Origin: Octopus sinensis | Taxonomy: Eukaryota | Reading direction: 5' to 3' | Assembly: GCF_006345805.1 (NCBI RefSeq) | Contig: NW_021829304.1 | Location: 1-6,406 of the forward strand | Length of the DNA stretch: 6,406 nt | Shown: positions 1-6,406 of the stretch, piece by piece | Layout: each line of letters begins with the position of its first letter | Numbering within the stretch: the stretch's first letter is position 1 | Notes under the pieces: model-generated | Databases searched by the model: none | What the model was told of the DNA's origin: nothing | The model's input: the letters and a program-made list of their open reading frames with translations, nothing else | Translations under genes and position numbers: made by a program

Positions 1-200
1 GTAAAGCAATTAGTGAAAGCCTGCTACTTTAGTGTCCCGTGAAGACTACGGTAACTTAGTAATCCTTAGATACGCAATTTCCATGAGGGTACATTGCCTG
101 TGTCTCGCATGCAACAAATCACAATAAATGCAGATATCGCCGTACTTTCGTAAAACTGAATGGAACAATTCAATTCGAACTCACTAAAATGTATTTCTGT

Positions 201-234
201 TCTTTATTTTTTACTTGTTTCAGTAATTGGACAG
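201..234 (-). mobile_element. Short 3'-terminal remnant of the same SINE family as 1471-1893
   Basis: 209-234 ttttacttgtttcagtaattggacag matches 1491-1516 ttttactcgtttcagtcatttgactg at 22/26 positions. That segment is the tail end of the minus-strand SINE. Confidence 0.5.
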
Positions 235-826
235 TTTCTGTCAGCCAAGTACATCCGTTCGTCTACGGGATGATTGTGAAATACACCTGCCGAATTTGAC
301 GCGCATTATTACGGAAAACGAAAACACGTTTGCAAATGAATTTCTTAACCAGTTACCCATTCCTGCATCAAGTTTAGAAAATAATCACAAAGAACAAGTG
401 ATTTAAGAGATTACATGATATACGGTGGTATTAGATACGCTACGTTTCGCGAGGTGGGAAAAACACAGCATTGTCTCCTGGCTAAAACATTGATGAGAAC
501 TGGCCTGTGGTTAAATAACAACATTATATTTTTAATTTCCAATTTAGCTGTTTTCCCAGCATGTACCAAACAAAGTTCATACTTTTGTATAGCAGAATAT
601 CGTTCTTTGACCAAATTTGGTGAAGAAATTTCTTTTTATCGACCATATTTTTTCATTTCTTTACCAAATTCTTTACCGAATTTCCCACGGTGTTAATGTA
701 TTCTCCCCTGCCTTGGTATTTAATGGCATTTTAAGTCAATTAATACCATGCCGATTTATTTTAAGAGTAATCGATATTTCTAGAATTTTAATAAAGCAAT
801 TATCATTCCATTTAAAGATTGTTTCT

Positions 827-897
827 TGTGTGTATGTCTGTATGCGTGTGTGTCTTTGTGTGTGTGAGTGATTGTGTGCATGTCTCTGTATGTGTGT
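827..897. repeat. Degenerate (TG)n microsatellite
   Basis: Interrupted tgtgtgtatgtctgtatgcgtgtgtg... tract, seen directly. Confidence 0.85.
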
Positions 898-1038
898 ACA
901 CAGTGCGAGAGTTTAAATATGCAAATGGATTGAGGGGGCTAGAAGGTTTGCAAACGAGAGATGAGCGGTTCGTAACCGTTTCACTGATTTATTTATCAAC
1001 GCTCTTTTGTAATTATTTATTTATTCATTATGTCGACT

Positions 1039-1205
1039 GCAGGTATGGATATGTGGTAAAAAGACTCGCTTCGAGACCACATGGTTAGTGATTCACTCCC
1101 ACAGCACGTGCCCTTAATCTAGCGCCTTCTACTATGGCCCCGTACAACCAATGCTTGTGATTGATTTTGCTACACGTAAACTGTGCGGAAGCTCGTGTGA
1201 TATAT
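1039..1205 (+). mobile_element. Old, diverged 5' part (tRNA-like head plus start of body) of the CORE-type SINE family
   Basis: Collinear matches to the reverse complement of ~1727-1893: gcaggtatggatatgtggtaa vs gcagtagtggttgtgtggtaa; accacatggtt vs acctcatggtt; cttctactatggccccg vs cttctgctatagccccg; aatgcttgtgattgattttg vs aatgccttgtgagtggatttg; acgtaaactg vs acggaaactg. It ends where the internal (TA)n of the family begins. Confidence 0.8.
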
Positions 1206-1451
1206 GGGGAGACCCCCTTCGGTCATGAATAACCATGGGATTGCACCTAGAAAGTTACCCTCCGAAGTACAAGTCCGGGCAAGATTGTTTTATGGAAGAC
1301 CAGCAATTACTATGCATACCAGCCTCTCCTCTCCACGCCATTGATGTTATCCAAGGGGAAGGCAAAGGCCGATACAGTTTGGCACAGTGCCAAGCACAGT
1401 GACGTCGCATATCATTTCTACAGCTGAGTTAACTGGAGCAATGCGCCTTCA
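1206..1451 (-). mobile_element. Second SINE-like retroposon, probably with an internally deleted head, flanked by a 13-bp target-site duplication
   Basis: Flanking direct repeats tcgtgtgatatat (1193-1205) and tcgtctgatatat (1452-1464) match at 12/13. The interior is GC-richer than its surroundings and resembles an abundant octopus SINE as I recall it. Orientation and family rest on that recall. Confidence 0.7.
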
Positions 1452-1470
1452 TCGTCTGATATATATATAT

Positions 1471-1893
1471 TACTCTTTACTCTTTTACTCTTTTACTCGT
1501 TTCAGTCATTTGACTGCGGCCATGCTGGAGCACCGCCTTTAGTCGAGCAAATCGACCCCGGGACTTATTCTTTGTAAGCCCAGTACTTTTCTATCGGTCT
1601 CTTTTGCCGACCGTAAGTGACGGGGACGTAAACACACCAGCATCGGTTGTCAAGCAATGCTAGGGGAACAAACACAGACACACAAAACACACACACACAA
1701 ACATATATATATATATATATATATACATATATACGACAGGCTTCTTCCAGTTTCCGTCTACCAAATCCACTCACAAGGCATTAATTGGCCCGGGGCTATA
1801 GCAGAAGATACTTGCCCAAGATGCCACGCAGTAGGACTGAACCCGCAACCATGAGGTTGGTTCTCAAGCTACTTACCACACAACCACTACTGC
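1471..1893 (-). mobile_element. Near full-length tRNA-derived CORE-type SINE (octopus OR2-like) with an internal (TA)/(TG) microsatellite and an AAGAGTA-like tandem tail
   Basis: On the minus strand: A-box-like tggttgtgtggt (1875-1886), B-box gggttcagtcc (1834-1844), CORE-like cttgggcaagt (1810-1820), internal microsatellite at ~1668-1732, and a tandem tail at 1471-1498 (plus strand tactctttac-tcttttac-tcttttac). It sits in (TA)n on both sides. The OR2 assignment is from recall. Confidence 0.88.
1834..1886 (-). promoter_or_regulatory. Internal RNA polymerase III type 2 promoter (A and B boxes) of the SINE
   Basis: A-box-like TGGTTGTGTGGT and B-box-like GGTTCAGTCC lie about 30 nt apart, as in tRNA-derived heads. 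Confidence 0.65.
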
Positions 1894-1894
1894 A

Positions 1895-1928
<34 letters not shown>
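1894..1928. repeat. (TA)n microsatellite
   Basis: Seen directly; one G interruption. Confidence 0.95.
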
Positions 1929-1931
<3 letters not shown>

Positions 1932-2138
1932 AAGTTTATTTGTCAACGTAGAGTGGCTGTACTATACAGAACTATGTTACTATCTTTTAACCCCAGGGAA
2001 ACATCTTTTCCAGCTGGTTATCGACACACGATCTCTTTCTGATATAGAGTGAGCAAGGGAGGGTACTCCCCCCTTTAGCTAGTAGAAGTACCAGTAGACC
2101 ATGGTTTCTGAGTTAGTTCACGTTCTCGGTACTGGGCA

Positions 2139-2159
2139 TGTGTGTGTGTGTGTGTATGT
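2139..2159. repeat. (TG)n microsatellite
   Basis: Seen directly. Confidence 0.9.
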
Positions 2160-2688
2160 CTTTTTTATCAACTACCAGTAGTTTATAAAAAAGACTAAAA
2201 GAGACTAATAAATTAAAAATGAACCACAATCCTTTACAAGCGACGACCCTAACAAATATCATACAGTTCTTAGAAGTGTAGTATATCCTTAACTACATTA
2301 GTAGCAACATGGACTCTTTCCCTCTTCTTGCTCTATCAGAGAATTTGAGTAAAATTATATTAATGTGTCCAACTCATTAAAAATTATATTTATTTATGCA
2401 GCTGAGGATAGCCCTGCATTTAAATTGATGTAATGATTGCATTGTTCAATTAAATGGAGCCGCTTGAAACGATCGTACTGCATCACTTCTTGATATCCTG
2501 TTGCTTATTTTGATTTTATTTACCTTACTTTGAGTTGTATGGATAATACTGCACTGACCTAGTGCTTCAACTTAAGTAACTTATTCAATTCAATCCCAAT
2601 TAATATATATATATATGTAGGTCCCGGGTTGAGTCGGGGTTAACCACAGTAAATAAGGTACTCAATACATAGCAGAATAAATTAATTT

Positions 2689-2777
2689 TTTTATAGAAGG
2701 AGCTTCTACAGGACTAGAAGCTGATGATTTCATTTGAATGAAACAGTTCTAGTCCTGTAGAAGCTCCTTCTATAAAA
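2689..2777. repeat. Perfect 31-bp inverted repeat with a 27-nt, partly self-complementary spacer
   Basis: 2689-2719 ttttatagaaggagcttctacaggactagaa is the exact reverse complement of 2747-2777. In the spacer, ctg (2721-2723) can pair with cag (2744-2746) and tttcatt (2728-2734) with aatgaaa (2737-2743). Confidence 0.97.
2709..2757 (+). ncRNA. Putative minimal type I hammerhead ribozyme
   Basis: Core CUGAUGA at 2721-2727. Stem II is UUC/GAA (2729-2731/2736-2738) with loop AUUU and a U-U at its base. GAAA is at 2740-2743. Vestigial stem III is AC-A-GU (2743-2747), with cleavage triplet GUU (cut after 2748). Stem I is G2720-C2749 and A2719-U2750, then a 3-nt bulge, then a long helix from U2715-A2751 outward. 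Confidence 0.6.
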
Positions 2778-2780
2778 TAA

Positions 2781-2805
2781 TATATATATATATATATATA
2801 TATAT
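2781..2805. repeat. (TA)n microsatellite flanking the hairpin element (partner tract at 2603-2616)
   Basis: Seen directly. Confidence 0.95.
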
Positions 2806-2937
2806 GCAGCACAAGTAGACGTGAAATTTACATTCGGTAAAAAACTGTAAAAGAACTTATCAGACAAATCGCAACACAATTTCGATCACCCGCACGTACC
2901 AGACACACAAAACCCCACATACGCCCAAGCACATAAT

Positions 2938-2962
2938 ACACACACACACACACACACACACA
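2938..2962. repeat. (CA)n microsatellite
   Basis: Seen directly. Confidence 0.95.
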
Positions 2963-3484
2963 AATGTAAAGCTAGGAGGTAACATGCGTGCTTAATCCTT
3001 CTTCAGTTCTAAATGATCAGAACGATTATCTTCGTATTCTTGCCGTAAGCACACGTATCTGCGTGTTTTATGACAATGTCTAATTTCACATAGAGAGTAT
3101 CTACGACTCTATTAAACAATATAGTAGAGTATAGTTTGATTATATTTTCTGCTCAATAAACATGGCTAGTATTGTTCTGGATTTGGTTTCGGTGACCTAT
3201 ATCAAAGCGCCGATATAAAGCAAGGCTACATACTTATGTTAGCACAACACGAACATTAGGTTTCGTTACTGCGTGTTTGTAAGTTTGTCAAATCCTTTCT
3301 GATTCCTTTCGATCTTAAACATCAACAAACATATAGATTAACATCTATTTCATGATATCGCTTTTCTTAAATTTGTAAAGAAATCATTAGGTTTTATTTT
3401 TTGATGTATACGCGTTTTTTTTTCTTCTTTCTATACGTTTATTTTTTGTACTCGCTTTATTATTTTTATGGTGGTAGCGATAAA

Positions 3485-3775
3485 GGAGATGATGATGAGG
3501 AGGAGGAGGCGGAGGATAATGATGAATTTGCTGATGAGGAGAGGAGGGGTGGAGGAGAAGAAAAAGGATGTTGATGACGATGAAGATGATGATGATGATG
3601 ATGACGATGGCGACCGTGACTATGATGAAGACGATGAGAATGTTGAGTACGATGATTAAAAGGACGAGGAGGTGAGAGGATGAGGAGGGGAGGAGAAGGA
3701 CGACGGTTGCTAGAATAACGACGATAACGATGACGACCACGACGACCACGACTACCACGACCACGACATCGACGC
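3485..3775. repeat. Degenerate GAG/GAT/GAC tract followed by an ACG/ACC trinucleotide tract
   Basis: Runs of gaggaggag, gatgatgat and acgaccacgacg with shifting phase and in-frame stops. Confidence 0.85.
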
Positions 3776-3778
3776 TAG

Positions 3779-4008
3779 TGATGATGATGATGGTTACGAA
3801 AAACCACGGCGACAGCGATGATGGTGATGATGAAGACGACCACGACGACGACCACGACGATGATGACGATGACGATGATAATGATGATGACGATGATGAT
3901 GATGATGATGATGATGATGACGATGATGATGATGATGATGATGGCGATGACGACGACGACGACGACGACGATGATGATGATGATGATGATGATGATGACG
4001 ACGACGAC

Positions 4009-4046
<38 letters not shown>

Positions 4047-4290
4047 CGATGACGACGACGACGACGACGATGATGACGATGACGATGATAATGATGATGA
4101 CGATGATGATGATGATAATGATGATGACGATGACGACGACGACGATGATGACGATGACGATGATGCTGATGATTATGATGATGATGACGACGACGACGAC
4201 GACGACGATGATGATGATGATGGTGATGACGATGATGATGATGATCGTCATGCTGATGATGGCGATGATGTTGGTGACGGCAACGACGTA
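3779..4290. repeat. Long compound (GAT)n/(GAC)n trinucleotide array
   Basis: About 500 bp made mostly of GAY triplets. It accounts for the poly-D, poly-M/T, poly-H/R and poly-I/V ORFs in four frames. Confidence 0.95.
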
Positions 4291-4507
4291 GACAATTATA
4301 GGTTGTGAGCTGCTTTGATATCACACGATACGGTTAATAAAAGAATATAGAGAAGGAGGACTTAAGAATATGTCACAGAAATGAAACAAGATATACAACC
4401 ATCACGCCATTTTCCACCACTGGGAATGAGTTTCTCCTTTTTTTTTTCTTCGGTTCATCAAATTTATCAGAACTACGAATATTAGATATGATGCACGACA
4501 CGAGACT

Positions 4508-4688
4508 ATATATGTATATACGTACATATACATATCTATATATATATACATATACATACATATATATATATATATGTGTGTATGTATGTGTGTGTGTATA
4601 TACATATATATATATATATATCTTTATATATAAATATATATACACAGATATGTGTATGCATATATACATACATATATATATATATACA

Positions 4689-4724
<36 letters not shown>

Positions 4725-4975
4725 TGCATGTATGCATGTATGTATGTATGTATGTATGCATGTATGCATGTATGTATGTATGTATGTGTGCATGTATATA
4801 TGTACACACATATATATGTGTATGTATATATATATTTATATATAAAGCTATGTATATACACGCATATATATGCGTTTTTGCATACAAACGTATATATGTA
4901 TGTCACTCTATGTATCCGTTTGTGTGTGTGTGTATATGTGTGCGTGCGTGTGTATGTGTGTGTGTGTGTGTGTGT
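4508..4975. repeat. Compound (TA)n/(TATG)n/(TG)n microsatellite
   Basis: Near-continuous purine-pyrimidine alternation, with a (TATG)n core containing CATG variants at ~4695-4785. Confidence 0.95.
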
Positions 4976-5079
4976 AATCACTGAAGACAGGAAACATATC
5001 TCGGATGACGTGCTGCACGATGTGTATGCGTGCGAGTATATGTGTGTATGTGTCCACACATTTCAACACGCACGGATAG

Positions 5080-5133
5080 ACACACACACACACACACACA
5101 CACATACACACACATACACACACAAACACACAT
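5080..5133. repeat. (CA)n microsatellite
   Basis: Seen directly. Confidence 0.95.
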
Positions 5134-5487
5134 GCGCATATACTCAGATAAGCATAATCACGCATGTATTATCTGTTGATAGTGACTTCAAAGTTTGTGC
5201 TTCTTCCGTTTCTTTACAATCAATGCCAATTAGATTTTCTCATATCACCTATTATATTTACCGGATAAATATTTGAATGTCACTGAAATATAGAACATAG
5301 CGAATATGAACAAGAAGAAAAGACAACAGAAATAATGCCGTAAGAGAACAAATGTTGAAGACGTTAACGAGCAGGTGTAGTCGGCTTCAATGAAATGTGA
5401 GCGGTGGCATACATTTCATGAAATCTGCAACGATCGGCGTTGTTCTCATTGTATACACGCATGCATACATATATACATCACACACAA

Positions 5488-6066
5488 GGCGGCGAGCTGG
5501 CAGAAACGTTAGCTCGCCGGGCAAAATGCTTAGCGGCATTTCGTCTACCGCTACGTTCCGAGATCGACTTTTCCTTTTGTCCTTTCGGGGTTGATAAATT
5601 AAGTACTAATTATGCACTGGGGTCGATATAATCGACTTAATCCGTTTGTCTGTCCTTGTTTGTCCCCTCTATGTTTAGCCCCTTGTGGGTAGTAAAAAAA
5701 TAGGTATTTTGTCTGCCGTTGCGTTCGGAGTTCAAATTCCGCCGAGGTCGACTTTGCCTTTCATTATTTCGGGGTCGATAAATTAATACTAGTTATGCAC
5801 TGGGGTCGATATAATCGACTTAATCCGCTTGTCTGTCCTCGTTTGTCCTCTCTGTGTTCAACCCCTTGTGGGTAGTAAAGAAATAGGTATTTCGTCTGTC
5901 GTTACGTTACGGAGTTCAAATTCCGCCGAGGTCGACTTTTGCTTTCATTCTTTCGGCGTCGATAAATGAAGTACCAGTTACGCACTGAGGTCGATATAAT
6001 CGACTTAATCCGTTTTGTCTGTCCTTGTTTGTCCCTCTCTATGTTTAGCCCTTGTGGGCAATAAAA
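5488..6066 (+). mobile_element. tRNA-derived SINE (third family) with one head and three tandem body units of ~183 bp
   Basis: The head ggcggcgagctggcagaaacgttagc carries an A-box-like tggcagaaacgttag (5498-5512). Units start at 5535, 5703 and 5886 with ggYatttYgtct. B-box gttcaaattcc is at 5730-5740 and 5914-5924. Each unit contains gtcgatataatcgac and ends cccttgtggg plus an A-rich stretch. The body motif gcctttcat..tttcggggtcgataaa..aagtac resembles the conserved Meta/MESC-type SINE domain (from recall). Confidence 0.88.
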
Positions 6067-6403
6067 TCAGGGGCTTGCGCGCTCGGCCCTGAGAAGCAAA
6101 TCCATGCGTCCAACTCTGTCATTGCCGTGAACGGACAGACCGGTTACATTGTTCGGGATCTGGTTCTGTAAGGACCTCCAGATGGACCAACCATTTTTCC
6201 TCATGACAAACTCTTTCTCTATACCCACAATCCCAAATGAACTTCTTCAAATTCACTTTGAAACGAAAACAAGGGTAGAGAGGAAAGTGTTGTCTTCTAA
6301 CCAGTTTGCTGAAAGGTGGATGAAAGTAGCGAGAATGGTTGCAGTGAAAGGGGCTGCCTGAGGCGAACGCCTGTCGTTGGAAAAAAAGTAAAGAAAAAAA
6401 AAA
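6064..6403 (+). mobile_element. Decayed, internally deleted L1/Tx1-like LINE ORF2 fragment with an A-rich 3' tract
   Basis: Allowing frameshifts, 6064-6187 reads KS.GLRLG..RSKSM.SNSVI...TDRPVTLFGIWFCKDLQMD. This resembles the end of a non-LTR reverse transcriptase domain (N..KS followed by a K.LG-like motif). About 6228-6361 reads QSQMNFFKFTLKRK/RVERKVLSSNQFAERWMKVARM, similar to the ORF2 C-terminal F...W helix. The A-tract is at 6381-6403. Confidence 0.6.
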
Positions 6404-6406
6404 CTC

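Larger units (their letters stand above)
2617..2780. mobile_element. Small non-autonomous element in (TA)n; probable Penelope-like pseudo-LTR fragment with an inverted duplication
   Basis: A sharp-edged insert between taa(ta)n tg flanks (2601-2617 and 2778-2806) contains a 31-bp perfect inverted repeat and a hammerhead core. Inverted partial pseudo-LTRs, minimal hammerheads and AT-rich/microsatellite targets are established traits of Penelope-like elements. Confidence 0.65.

Noticed and set aside
411-1088. Four short ORFs (67-93 aa)
   Set aside because: No recognisable motifs, several non-ATG starts, AT-rich composition, and overlap with a TG repeat and a SINE.
1565-2042. ORFs of 65-85 aa
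   Set aside because: They lie largely within a SINE and its microsatellites.
1929-2138. Possible further repeat fragment between (TA)n and (TG)n
   Set aside because: Its position suggests an insertion, but I could not identify termini, a TSD or internal homology, so it is not called.
2689-2777. MITE with terminal inverted repeats, or a rho-independent terminator
   Set aside because: The inverted arms are not both terminal: about 70 bp of element lie outside the left arm only. The spacer carries a hammerhead core, and a bacterial terminator is irrelevant in this context.
3387-4324. Poly-His/Arg, poly-Ile/Val, poly-Met/Thr and acidic ORFs
   Set aside because: They are alternative frames of the same trinucleotide array. 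Openness in four frames is expected from the repeat alone.
4373-5276. Eight overlapping ORFs of 67-262 aa rich in Y/I/C/V/M/H/T
   Set aside because: They are translations of (TA)/(TG)/(TATG) microsatellites, which lack stop codons. No domain content.
5488-5560. tRNA gene (hairpin cggcgagct/agctcgccg with an A box)
   Set aside because: There is no complete cloverleaf, the B box is deleted, and the sequence continues into a SINE body. It is a tRNA-derived head.
5535-6066. CRISPR-like appearance (recurring palindromic gtcgatataatcgac)
   Set aside because: The sequences between the palindromes are homologous to each other rather than unique spacers, the period is ~183 bp, no cas genes are present, and the context is eukaryotic.
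6120-6372. Minus-strand exon after a polypyrimidine tract plus CAG (open about 83 codons)
   Set aside because: The pyrimidine tract is the complement of the LINE A-tail, and the peptide has no recognisable features. The plus-strand LINE reading explains the region better.

Overview
AT-rich, non-coding eukaryotic DNA. The repeat families resemble those I recall from Octopus genomes; this is from memory, not a database search. No credible protein-coding gene is present: the ORF track is explained by microsatellites and one decayed LINE fragment. From 5' to 3' the window holds a nested cluster of tRNA-derived SINEs (1039-1893, one with a 13-bp target-site duplication) and a ~165-bp element inserted in (TA)n (2617-2780). 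That element forms a 31-bp perfect hairpin with a minimal type I hammerhead-ribozyme core (CUGAUGA...GAAA...GUU) at its apex, the layout expected of a Penelope-like pseudo-LTR inversion junction. Further 3' are ~800 bp of GAN/ACG trinucleotide repeats, a ~470-bp alternating purine-pyrimidine tract, a head-to-tail SINE trimer with Pol III A and B boxes in different units (5488-6066), and an internally deleted L1/Tx1-like LINE relic with an A-rich tail (6064-6403). The hammerhead/hairpin element is the most interesting item.
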